Source: Dendrobates tinctorius
Taxonomy: Eukaryota
Direction of reading: 5' to 3'
NCBI RefSeq assembly: GCF_039654945.1
Contig: NW_027361792.1
Span: 124,001-188,000 of the forward strand
DNA: 64,000 nucleotides
Below are positions 53,033 to 64,000 of the stretch, piece after piece. The position numbers and the translations under genes are program-made. A model generated the notes under the pieces. That model had not been told where the DNA came from and searched no databases. It worked only from the letters and a program-made list of their open reading frames with translations. How positions within the stretch are numbered: position 1 is the first letter of the stretch; the number at the start of each line of letters is the position of its first letter.

Positions 53033-54913
53033 GTACAGACAAAAAGTTTGGACACACCTCAATCAAAGCGTTTTCTTTATTTTCATGACTATGAAAATGG
53101 TAGCTTCACTCTGAAGGCATCAAAACTATGAGTTACCACATGTGGAATTATATAATTAACAAAAAAGTGTGAAACAACTGAAAATATGTCTTATATTCTA
53201 GGTTCTTCAAAGTAGCCACCTTTTACTTTGATTACTGCTTTGCACACTCTTGGCATTCTGTTGATGAGCTTCAAGAGGTAGTCACCGGAAATGGTTTTCA
53301 CTTCACAGGTGTGCCCTGTCAGGTTTAATAAGTGGGATTTCTCGCCTTATAAATGGGGTTGGGACCATCAGTTGTGTTGTGCTGAAGTCAGGTGGATACA
53401 CAGGTGATAGTCCTACTGAATAGACTGTTAGAATTTGTATTATGGCAAGAAAAAAAGCAGCTGAGTAGAGAAAAACGAGTGGCCATCATTACTTTAAGAA
53501 ATGAAGGTTAGTCAGTCCGAAAAATTGGGAAAACTTTGAAAGTGTCCCCAAGTGCAGTGGCAAAAACCATCAAGCGCTACAAAGAAACTGGCTCACATGA
53601 GGACCGCCCCAGGAAAGGAAGACCAAGAGTCACCTCTGCTGCGGAGGATAAGTTCATCCGAGTCACCAGCCTCAGAAATCGCAGGTTAACAGCAGCTCAG
53701 ATTAGAGACCAGGTCAATGCCACACAGAGTTCTAGCAGCAGACACATCTCTACAACAACTGTTAAGAGGAGACTTTGTGCAGCAGGCCTTCATGGTAAAA
53801 TAGCTGCTAGGAAACCACTGCTAAGGACAGGCAACAAGCAGGAGAGACTTGTTTGGGCTAAACACCACAAGGAATGGACATTAGACCAGTGGAAATCTGT
53901 GCTTTGGTCTGATGAGTCCAAATTTGAGATCTTTGGTTCCAACCACCGTGTCTTTGTGAGACGCAGAAAAGGTGAACGGATGGACTCTACACGCCTGGTT
54001 CCCACCGTGAAGCATGGAGGAGGAGGTGTGATGGTGTGGGGGGGCTTTGCTGGTGACACTGTTGGGGATTTATTCAAAACTGAAGGCATACTGAACCAGC
54101 ATGGCTACCACAGCATCTTGCAGCGGCATGCTATTCCATCTGGTTTGTGTTTAGTTGGACCATCATTTATTTTTCAACAGGACAATGACCCCAAACACAC
54201 CTCCAGGCTGTGTAAGGGCTATCTGACCAAGAAGGAGAGTGATGGGGTGCTACACCAGATGACCTGGCCTCCACAGTCACCACACCTGAACCCAGTCGAG
54301 ATGGTTTGGGGTGAGCTGGACCGCAGAGTGAAGGCAAAAGGGCCAACAAGTGCTAAGCATCTCTGGGAACTCCTTCAAGACTGTTGTAAGACCATTTCCG
54401 GTGACTACCTCTTGAAGCTCATCAAGAGAATGCCAAGAGTGTGCAAGATTGAGAGTCCTCAGTAGTTGATACCTTTTAATGGCTAACTGAAAAGATGGTA
54501 ACACATTGCAAGCTTTCGAGACTACTCAGGTCTCTTCATCAGGCTAGACCTGAGTAGTCTCGAAAGCTTGCAATGTGTTACCATCTTTTCAGTTAGCCAT
54601 TAAAAGGTATCAACTACTGAGGACTCTCAATCCTGAATATTTTTCTATCTACTGGCTAACACGGTACAAAGATATACATCTTTCCTGTATCAAGAGTGTG
54701 CAAAGCAGTAATCAAAGCAAAAGGTGGCTACTGCGAAGAACCTAGAATATAAGACATATTTTCAGCTGTTTCACACTTTTTTGTTAATTATATAATTCCA
54801 CATGTGGTAATTCATAGTTTTGATGCCTTCAGAGTGAATCTACAATTTTCATAGTCATGAAAAGAAAGAAAACTCTGAATGAGAAGGCGTGTCCAAACTT
54901 TTGGTCTGTACCA
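53031..54913 (+). mobile_element. Tc1 transposon with long (~190-bp) TIRs; transposase pseudogene
   Basis: TIR CAGTACAGAC-AAAAGTTTGGACAC next to a (TA)n tract. Transposase from ATG 53442 has an early frameshift and stop; 53536-54446 is open ([26 protein letters not shown]); the C-terminus is interrupted at 54447. Confidence 0.93.
54447..54690. mobile_element. Penelope-like (Neptune-type) retroelement 3' fragment in inverted-duplicated form, with a minimal hammerhead core
   Basis: Perfect 87-bp inverted arms 54447-54533 and 54546-54632; 13-bp TSD CAAGAGTGTGCAA (54434-46, 54691-703); minus-strand CUGAUGA-A-GAGAC-CUGAGUA-GUCUC-GAAAGCUU; GTTAGCC...GGCTAACACGG 3' signature. Confidence 0.8.
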
Positions 54914-55839
54914 TATGTATGTAATCGATATTATACAGTGTATTACATATTTACTATTTATTACAGTTTTTTGTGTTCTAAAGTTGTATTCCAATAAATA
55001 GATATTATGTTCTGTCTAAATATCTTGATTATTGGATCATAGAAATGATTAAATGTCTGATGTTCACATTGTACTACAATACATTATTCACTTAAATATG
55101 AGCAATATATGTGGGAGTCGGAGTCGGTGGAAGGGAAATTGAGGAGTCGGAGTCGCAGGTTTGGCGTACCGACTCCACAGCCCTGAGGGGGGCGCATGTC
55201 GGCATCGGAGGGGCGCGGGGCGGTATTGAAGGGACCATGGTGGCATTGGAGGAGGCAGTGATGGCTGATCTGGGAGCTCCAGAACTATATTGGACAGAGC
55301 TTGTAAGCGCTGCGCTCATTGTAAGCTCAGCCACCACTGAGACTGCAGAGGTGGCCGGTAACCTTGGCAACAAGCTGTAAACTATAGGATTAAAGATCCC
55401 ACTATTCTGGAGAACAGAGAATTTTAAGCAGGACGTAACAACGCAGGGGATCGCCACACACCTCACATTACACGACCAGAATGTCCTAGGTCGGGAGGGG
55501 GTGAAGTGATTCTTCAGCACAGGGGATCGGTGACGGTGAGCGGCCGACCCCTGACATCCCCCGCCCGAGCTCCGGCCGCCGCCGCCATTCCTGAGCACAG
55601 GACCCCGCTGTGCAACCAATCAGAGCGCAGCTTTCATTGCTCCGGAGCCGCTTCACACCTCACAGCTGAGCTCTGATTGGTTGCTATGGACATTTCTAGT
55701 ACAGAATCATCCTAACACTATAAGTCCCAGCAGTCCCGCTCTATTCCTGCCTGAGGCGAGGACCCCGGCCCATTACTATCGATCCCCGCGCACTCTGCGC
55801 CATAGTCGCTGTCTGATGATATTAGCGCTCAGCGCGTTG

Positions 55840-56290
55840 TTGTCGCTCCTGCTGTGACCTCCCCCTCCCCAGGGCTCAGTGGTCCGGCCCATTACTGGTC
55901 GCCTCATGCTTCCCCCTCTCCCCCCGCCCCCGAGACCGCCTGTGGATCCTCCCGGAAGTGCCGCCATTTTGGATTCTCTGCGCGTAGAGAGAAGACGAGA
56001 AGAGCGTGTGACCGGAGGCTGCGAGCGGTGAGTGACGGGAGGGCGGAGGGGAGGTCGGGGCCGCTCACCGGCCGGGGCGGGAACACTGAGCCCGGCGGCC
56101 GGGATGGTGACGGGAAGATTGCGTAAGCGGCGGGTAACGGGATCCTAGCGGCCGCCCCACCCTCTGCTCTCCCGGGCGGGGATAACGGCGCTCTGCAGCC
56201 TCGGGGAGGGGTGTGGGCTCCGGGGAGACGGCGGGGCAGAGGCCCGGGGAGCGGGGCAGACCGCGGGGTCATCGCCCGCATGCGTCCGCA
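55840..56290 (+). promoter_or_regulatory. CpG-island promoter and non-coding first exon (~55960-56027) of the next gene, by synteny probably CELF1
   Basis: Fused ETS-YY1 motif CCGGAAGTG-CCGCCATTTT 55952-55970, GC boxes, donor GCG|GTGAGT at 56028. No coding exon is in the window, so the gene name is inference only. Confidence 0.6.
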
Positions 56291-56374
56291 TACTTAATAT
56301 CTGGGGGGTCTGCATACGCCCCCCCCGATGGGGGGAGAGAGATGGGAGCATATGCTTCCCCAGTAATTCTATGT

Positions 56375-57028
56375 ACGCGCCCCTGAGGGGGGGACCGTGG
56401 TGGCCGCGCACGCGCCCCTGAGGGGAGGGACCATGGAGGCCGCGCACGCGCCCCTGAGGGGAGGGACCATGGAGGCCGCGCACGCGCCCCTGAGGGGAGG
56501 GACCGTGGAGGCTGCGCACGCGCCCCTGAGGGGAGGGACCGTGGAGGCCGCGCACGCGCCCCTGAGGGGAGGGACCGTGGAGGCCGCGCACGCGCCCCTG
56601 AGGGGAGGGACCGTGGAGGCCGCGCACGCGCCCCTGAGGGGAGGGACCGTGGAGGCCGCGCACGCGCCCCTGAGGGGAGGGACCGTGGAGGCCGCGCACG
56701 CGCCCCTGAGGGGAGGGACCATGGTGGCCGCGCACGCGCCCCTGAGGGAGGGACCATGGTGGCCGCGCACGCGCCCCTGAGGGGAGGGACCATGGTGGCC
56801 GCGCACGCGCCCCTGAGGGAGGGACCATGGTGGCCGCGCACGCGCCCCTGAGGGAGGGACCATGGTGGCCGCGCACGCGCCCCTGAGGGAGGGACCATGG
56901 TGGCCGCGCACGCGCCCCTGAGGGAGGGACCATGGTGGCCGCGCACGCGCCCCTGAGGGAGGGACCATGGTGGCCGCGCACGCGCCCCTGAGGGGGGGAC
57001 CATGGTGGCCGCGCACGCGCCCCTGAGG
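56375..57028. repeat. CpG-rich minisatellite, 35-36-bp unit (gcgcacgcgcccctgaggggagggaccatggtggcc), ~18 copies
   Basis: Direct periodicity. Confidence 0.96.
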
Positions 57029-57411
57029 GTAGATGGGGCCAGTGTACACTATGGAGGTGGAATGTGCCCCCTGAGTGCTGCTCTGCGCTGTCAACGTGGA
57101 TGGAGCAGAGATGGGCACGCTCCACCTCCATTCACGCCGTGGGCACAGCTCCAGTCCCGGCCCTGCAGGTGGTCGGGGCTCCAGCGATCAGGAAGTCATC
57201 GCTTGTCCTGTGTGTTCCCTGATTGTGAGCGCCCGTCACTCATGTGATCTGGATGCCGGTAGAGTTTCCTGTGAATGATCTGAGCTCGCTGTTTCCATGC
57301 CGTCACACAGAGGGGTGTCTGCGGGCGCCTCACTGCAGAGGCTCCGGAGGAGTCACAGCGTCTCCTCTCCCTGTTGGTGGTGATTGTTGTGACCGGTCCA
57401 ATGACGGGGTT

Positions 57412-57765
57412 GCTCAGCGTGACATTGTGCAGGATTTCATCGTTGATTGCGAATTCTGTGGCTACAAGCGACATTGGTGTTTGGCCTCTGGCGCCGTCCG
57501 GCTTCACCATTTTCCTTGTGCGGCCGTTATCCCTCTTCCTAACGGATTAATTATAATTCCGCCGCCTGCACAGAGCTGTTAATAAAGGCTCAGCGTGACA
57601 TTGTGCAGGATTTCATCGTTGATTGCGAATTCTGTGGCTACAAGCGACATTGGTGTTTGGCCTCTGGCGCCGTCCGGCTTCACCATTTTCCTTGTGCGGC
57701 CGTTATCCCTCTTCCTAACGGATTAATTATAATTCCGCCGCCTGCACAGAGCTGTTAATAAAGGC
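57412..57765. repeat. Perfect tandem duplication of 176 bp
   Basis: 57412-57587 is repeated at 57588-57763, with GC microhomology at the junction. Confidence 0.93.
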
Positions 57766-58015
57766 GCCGTCACTCATCTGTGGCCTCCGCAAAAGGGAAA
57801 ATTGGACGTCTTAAAGGGATTTTACCATCCTTCATTCTGACGGCTGATCTGTGAATGCCGTGGGTGTGCCAGGATTTCGTCATTGTTGAGGGTCTTCTCT
57901 GAGACCCCACAGATCTGGGACACAAATGGGCAGAGTTTCCTTGCGGGAGGCCTGGACATTCTAACCATAAGAGGATGTGGAATTGTCTGCTTTATGTCAG
58001 AAACCAATCAGAGAC

Positions 58016-58627
58016 TTAACCCCTTCTTGGCACTGCCAGTTTTTATTTATTTTTTTCCCAAAATCCATGACTTATTTGTCCCCATCGGTGTACAAGGGCG
58101 TGTCATTCGCAGGACAAGTTGTACTTTCGATGACACTGTTCATATTACCATGTAATGTACTGAAAATACGATGGGGGGAAAAAAATGCAGCTGCACTAAT
58201 GTTCTTTGGGTTTAGTTTGTGTTTTGCTGCACCCGGATTCTCCAGGTCAGTGCAGTCACCACGGGTTATACGGTTTTATTTCTTTGGGTTTTTCAATGGT
58301 AAAAAATAGTGGAAATTTGTAACTAGTCTTTGCGCTGCCATTGTTCTGTCGGTGGAGCCGCGTTGGGGCTTGTTTTTTCGCGAGGTGAGCTGATGGTTTT
58401 ATTGATAACATGTCGATTGATTTCATGTTGGATTTTTTTTTTTTCTGTTTACCCTGAGGATTGGATACTCGTATAGATCAGACATTCAGGGGACGATGGC
58501 GGCCAGTGAGGTCACACCATGCTGGTGATTGACAGCAGCATTTATATGGCGCACCGCAGATCAGAGCCATATCTTCTGAGCCCGCTCCATACATGGAGAC
58601 CCCATCCTACTTCTGGAATGGGTTAAA
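58016..58627. mobile_element. Decayed TTAA-flanked non-autonomous element (piggyBac-like ends)
   Basis: TTAA|CCCCTT ... GGG|TTAA termini; interior heavily diverged. Confidence 0.4.
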
Positions 58628-61600
58628 TGGCTCCACTGACTCCTATGACTGTCCTTGTACCGTCAGCGCTGCCAGTCTCCTGTCGGGCGAATTGGAGGAC
58701 CCCACATACATAGCAGTCGTTTGGGTCCCACAGAGCTATCGGCTTCACCTGTGGGTGCAGTGACATCGTCCTGCTGACCCCGTGTTCTGCCTCTCCTCGC
58801 CTCCCGGGCAGGGAGAGTTGATTCTGACTTCCTCTTTTTGGTTATGTCACAAGCAACTTCTGAAAAACAAAGCGTCCCCCCTTTCCTGCTCGCTCCGTTG
58901 TCATCTTCTGCTGCACGATCTCGCCTGCCTGTAGAGATACAAGTAGTTTTTGCAGCTTCTATGTGACTTTTTTTCCCCTCCAGTGTTTCCTCATTTCTCA
59001 CGGCAGATACTGAACACACCGGCCCCCTCCTGCTCCCTGCGGACAGCTGTTTGCCGTACATGGCACCCCTCCTGAGTCTCCCAGTGTTTGCTCAAATAAT
59101 GGCCGTGACGATGCCGTGTTCCTGTCCTGGCGCAGCACTGATAAGAGCTGGGAACACTGCAGAGCGGCAGAAGTAATGAGGGAACACATGGCTTCCCTGC
59201 AGCCCATTACTGGCCAGATGTACTGATTATTCCCCCAACATGTGATCACTTTCCAAGTCTTTGTAGCTGGCGTTGCATAAGCACATGTGTAGTGGTATGA
59301 AGCGCCAGCGGCTATTAGTCTGGGTGGGGTGGTGGGGTCATGCACCATTGAATGTATAACAAGGCAGGTAGGGCTGTTTATCGCTTTGTTTTACACCGGC
59401 CGATGCGATCAGTTGAGGGGCCATGCAGTTGGGTGCTGACCGTTACATTGGCAGATGCCACCTAACGTGCAAACCTCATGGCGCCTGCCTGGTGCCATGT
59501 CACCCGCTCCGCTTCCTCCCCAGATACAGCCGTGAGCGGGGCAGGTTGTTAGCCCACATCCCGCTGGCATATTGTCAGCAGTCGTCCCCTGGTGATTACA
59601 TGTGGAGACGTGAAGCCGACGACGATTATTTTTAGGCTGCATGAATGATGCAATAAATCAATCCATGAGCTTTTTGCTGCCCTGTTCACACGTGAGGCAA
59701 AGAGCGTTCTTGGAAGCATTCATCCTCCCGGTCACGGACCGTGTAACGGATTCTAAACCACTGAAGTGTCACATGAACTGCACATAATGGAGATGCATTT
59801 TATTAATTATTTTTTTTTTTACCCCTCAGGCACCACATAGGATATAAGGGTCTCACAAACTCCGGCCGCTGCTTGCCCTTTCAAGACACAGAACGTTAAT
59901 GTAAGTCTCCAATTTCTCTTACATGATTATATGAATGTATTTGGCACGTTGCGGGGCTTTATCTTTTCACTGTGGTGTTGGATTCGGACATGTTGTGAGT
60001 CTGTAGTGGAGCTTTATGGGCTAGGTGAAGACTGACGGCGTCACTCCCCTAATTCCTTCTCTTTCACATGGGTAGTGCGACTCGTGACACCTCGTCCTGA
60101 CCATGCACAGAAAAGGGTCAGGCCACAAATTCTCCTTGGCCAATCCTCTTCTGGGGGCTGTAAGCCTGCACCCACACTTGAGTGTTGAGCTTTTGGTTTC
60201 TGTTGCTGCTTCCCGTGTCCATTGTCTGCAGCGCTAATGTCAGATTGACAGCGCTGCATCCAGTCATTGAGCTCAGCGGTTCTGCCAAGTGGGCGGCGCT
60301 GATTGACTGCAGGGCTGTCAGCTTGACGTCAGTGCTGCAGACGGTAATGGACATCAGGAGCAGCAGAGGAGACTCACTGTTAGACCCGAGAAGAGTGAGT
60401 AGAGCCGCAAGCAGGGGGACACGGGCTTTCTGAAACCAGAAAATCCCTTTAAGATGGGTCACCAATCTGTGGCACTTAGGCTGCTGTAAAATTATCACTT
60501 CTATCATGGCCTGATGGCTGCAGCATGTTGGGAGTTGTCGTTTCACAAGAGCTGAAATTCCGCTTATATACAAATCTACAGAACTTCAGCATGTCTTATA
60601 CTAATGACTGCTGGAAATTGCAGCGCTGCAGCCGATCACAGGAAGGTGAGATAAGGCCACACATCAAGGCAAAAGTCTATCCATCTTTTTTTTTTTTTCT
60701 CCCCCCCCCCCCCGAATGGCATTGTTGTTCCAGATGGCAGCGGCTTTAGGCCAACTGGAGGCATTTACTAAGGGTGTGAAATTTGGGATCTTTTCAGCCG
60801 TGTGTCCGAGGTCTTCCTTTCTTTCTTGGCTGCCGTTTTATTCTTGCATATCTACAAGTGAATGCTTTATTTGGTTTGGAGGGATCTTGTGGGTTTTCAG
60901 GTGAGAAATTTGCTTGGTTAAAAGGTTTCTATGTCTGAACACAAGCAGTAGTTTCACTGATTGAGGTCAGATTACCCCGCATAGATTTATGCCCGTACAT
61001 TGCTTTGGTATGTGCTGCTCTCCGGTTACACTCACAGGTCCCCAGAGAATTGTGCCGCTGATCCCTGCACCCAACATTATGTAGCCTCCAGCAGAGCCCT
61101 AAATCTACACGCCGTATCCCCCCCGACCCGTACGTCCTCTACATAAATCCCAGCACGCTGACTGTTACTGGTCTCCATTCGGAGATCCTTCTATGATTGG
61201 GCCTTATAGCTCTCTTCATGGCCGGGCCAGGTTCCTGGAGCCCTTACTTTGGTCGTGTTGGACTTGGGATGGATAGGACGCTGTATGTAGTCTCAGCCTT
61301 TACACTGAGACCAGTGATTCAGAAATCGCCTTGTCTTTTTGGCTTGTATCATCTTTAATTTGTGAATTTCCTGGGTAAGGAGGATCAGCATTTAAAAATC
61401 TGAAGATTTGACGCTACTAAACACCTTGGAGTGAGACTGTCGGCGATCTGTACTGACTCCCACATAGACGTTCACGCTCCAAGTTACCAACCGTCGGAAA
61501 GGATATACAGGGGGGTTTAGGTCAACGGTGCCTGCATGCGCGGCATGTGACAGGAGCACCACTGTCAAGGGATGCAAGATTAAATTAGCCCCTTGATTCT

Positions 61601-61699
61601 CGGCCTCCCCGTTTGGTGTAATGTTTCCTGTCCAGTGCGGTGACGTTACTGTGGAAGTGATAATTTGCTGATAGGTTCCCTAATGGATGCTACTGATCA

Positions 61700-61912
61700 T
61701 GGTTAGCACTGTGCGGTGGCTCAGTGGTTAGCACTGTGCGGTGGCTCAGTGGTTAGCACTGTGCGGTGGCTCAGTGGTTAGCACTGTGCGGTGGCTCAGT
61801 GGTTAGCACTGTGCGGTGGCTCAGTGGTTAGCACTGTGCGGTGGCTCAGTGGTTAGCACTGTGCGGTGGCTCAGTGGTTAGCACTGTGCGGTGGCTCAGT
61901 GGTTAGCACTGT
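61700..61912 (+). repeat. 25-bp tandem repeat (tggttagcactgtgcggtggctcag), ~8.5 copies, derived from the SINE head
   Basis: Perfect units running directly into the SINE body. Confidence 0.93.
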
Positions 61913-62142
61913 TGCTTTGCAGCGTTGGGGTCCTGGGTTCAAATCTCACCAAGCACAACTTCTGCTAGGAGTTTGTATGTTCTCCCCGTGTTTTCCTGGG
62001 TTTCCTCCGGATTCTCCCAATTTTTCTCTCGCGCCCCAAAGACGAAGTGATGGAGCATATAGATAGTGAGCCCCAATGGGGACAGCAGTGATATTTGTAA
62101 AGCTCTGCAGAATATGATGGCGTTACATAAGCAAATAAAATG
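61888..62142 (+). mobile_element. tRNA-derived V-SINE-like element
   Basis: A box TGGCTCAGTGG 61892-61902; B box GGTTCAAATCT 61936-46; V-domain-like ggagtttgtatgttctccccgtg...tgggtttcctccgg; LINE-like 3' tail tgtaaagc...gcgttacataa...aaataaaat. Confidence 0.8.
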
Positions 62143-63424
62143 AATACGTGCGTTTTATATTTCTTTTTTTGCATGAAAACCTAATTGTTAAAGGGCCTTT
62201 TCAACATCATTTTGTGTAGAATTGCATCTTGCTTAAAAAAAATAAAAAATAAAATCAACTTCACAATTTACTTCCCAAGAGCGGAGGGATCTACAATTTT
62301 GTAGCCCACGGTTTATTAAATTCTCGTTTTATTCTTTGTTTTTGTTACATCAGGAGGGTTTAAATAAAAAAAGGTCATACATTGTAAAACCCCTTTTATT
62401 TCGGTCTCATGAAGCCGCTCTAACACATGCAGATGTGGGGGGTCCGTCTCCCGTGATCAGTGGTGATCGCCCCCATTTGCCATACGATCCCCCCCCCACT
62501 GTTCAGTATGTATTACACAGAGGAGCAGCTTGTTGTTATGGGGGGCCTCTATCATATTGACAAATGCAATAACATTGCCCACCCCATCTTTTCCACATAA
62601 ATAAAAAATATCCGTCCTCCTGAATTCCCCATTTTCCCACCTGCGTCCGGTCATTAAGGTGTTAAGTTGAGTCTGTTGGGAAAGAAATGCTAAGTTTCCA
62701 GTGTCGGAGGAATTGCCTGGTGCGGGTGGAGAAGGAAACGTGGCCTCGGGCGCCGCAAGGTTACATGTACCTGGCGAGCTGTGCAGGATCTGCAGGGAAC
62801 CTCGCGGACGGTGAAAGGGGCAGGAAATGGCTTTTTCTGATATACAGACCCTTTAGACTACGTTCCCACATTGAGCTTTTTGATGCGTTTTTGATGTTGC
62901 AGATTTTCCGCACCCTTTAAAGCAAACCGGTCATCAGGATTTTGCTAAGTAAGCTACAGGCACGGTCAGGTTGGCGCTGTAACACTGATTAAATTGATAC
63001 CTGGGGTGAAGAAATCCATCCTGTGGTGGTTGTTTAGTCTGTGTTTGCAGTTTTGAGTTAACGAGATTCTCGTGCTTCGGGGCGGTTCGTTTTTGGTGCC
63101 CTGGTCTCATCATCATCATTCTGGCTTAAAGGGGTTGTCCACTACTAGGGCAACCCCTTCTTAATCTAAACGTTTGGCTCCATTTAGGGAAAGGTAATGT
63201 AGACTACGGGACCCCCCCCCAATATGCATCAGGTCCCAAACCCGACCCTCCCAGTGCACCAGTACCATCTGATCCAGAAGGAACCAGTAAATACATCCTG
63301 TGACGTGCGGATCTGTCCACGTCTGGAGGCTGCACAGAAATGTAATCCTGGGGCGGCTCCGGTCACTCCGGGGTTCATGTCACCCATGAGTATAAATATG
63401 GGACCCACCTTCTGCAATCGGCGG

Positions 63425-64000
63425 GGGGGGGGGGGGATGTCTGACAACCGGCTGAGCGTGCAGACTGCTATCTGCAGTGTACGGGGCAGTCGGGGGCAAT
63501 GTCTGACAACCAGACGAGCGTGCAGACCGCTATCTACAGTGTATGGGGAGGGGGGGGATGTCTGACAACCAGACGATCGTGCAGGCTATCTGCAGTGTAT
63601 GGGGCGGAAGGGGGGGATGTCTGACAACCAGACGAGCGTGCAGACTTTCTGCAGTGTATGGGGCAGTCGGGGGGCAATGTCTGACAACCAGACGAGCGTG
63701 CAGACTATCTGCAGTGTATGGGGCGGAAGGGGGGGATGTCTGACAACCAGACGAGCGTGCAGATTTTCTGCAGTGTATGGGTCAGTTGGGGGGGCAATGT
63801 CTGACAACCAGACGAGCGTGCAGACTGCTATCTGACAACTAGACGAGAGTGCAGACCGCTATCTGCAGTGTATGGGTCAGTTGGGGGGGCAATGTCTGAC
63901 ATCGACGAGCATGCAGACCACTATCTTACAACCAGCTGAGCGTGCAGACCGCTATCTGCAGTGTATGGGGCAGTCGTGGGGCAATGTCTGACATCCAGAC
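63425..64000. repeat. Minisatellite, ~60-bp unit (atgtctgacaaccagacgagcgtgcagact...tctgcagtgtatggggc...), runs off the window
   Basis: Direct periodicity. Confidence 0.92.

Larger units (their letters stand above)
52267..55185. mobile_element. Non-autonomous hAT-like element (host of nested insertions)
   Basis: 17-bp TIR CAGGGCTGTGGAGTCGG / CCGACTCCACAGCCCTG, subterminal GGAGTC repeats, 8-bp TSD AGGGGGGT/AGGGGGGC. Confidence 0.88.

Noticed and set aside
60716-60904. Possible CELF1 coding exon (cag|ATGGCAGCGGCT...)
   Set aside because: The peptide does not resemble the CELF1 N-terminus or RRM; no CELF1 coding sequence was recognised in the window.
61888-61960. tRNA gene
   Set aside because: A and B boxes are present, but there is no complete cloverleaf and it continues into a SINE body and tail.

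Overview
Eukaryotic (vertebrate) genomic DNA, most likely from a neobatrachian frog; the taxon is inferred from the repeat families. The window holds the syntenic block NDUFS3(-)/KBTBD4(+)/PTPMT1(-)/[CELF1(+)]. NDUFS3 exon 1 is at 8112-8157, KBTBD4 is complete (3 coding exons, 524 aa) and PTPMT1 is complete (4 exons, 189 aa). A CpG promoter with a non-coding first exon at ~55950-56027 is assigned to CELF1 by synteny only. About 45% of the window is made of ~15 unrelated tandem arrays (units 21-102 bp), and these generate nearly all of the long ORFs in the track, which are not genes. Mobile elements include a decayed Tx1-like non-LTR retrotransposon whose 5' end abuts a satellite, four Tc1-type transposons (one with an intact DD34E transposase), hAT/Harbinger/T2-type MITEs and a V-SINE. 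The most notable hidden features are ribozymes: a canonical type-I hammerhead in sense orientation in KBTBD4's last intron (19301-19363), and a Penelope-like 87-bp perfect hairpin insertion carrying a minimal hammerhead core, which interrupts a Tc1 transposase (54447-54690).
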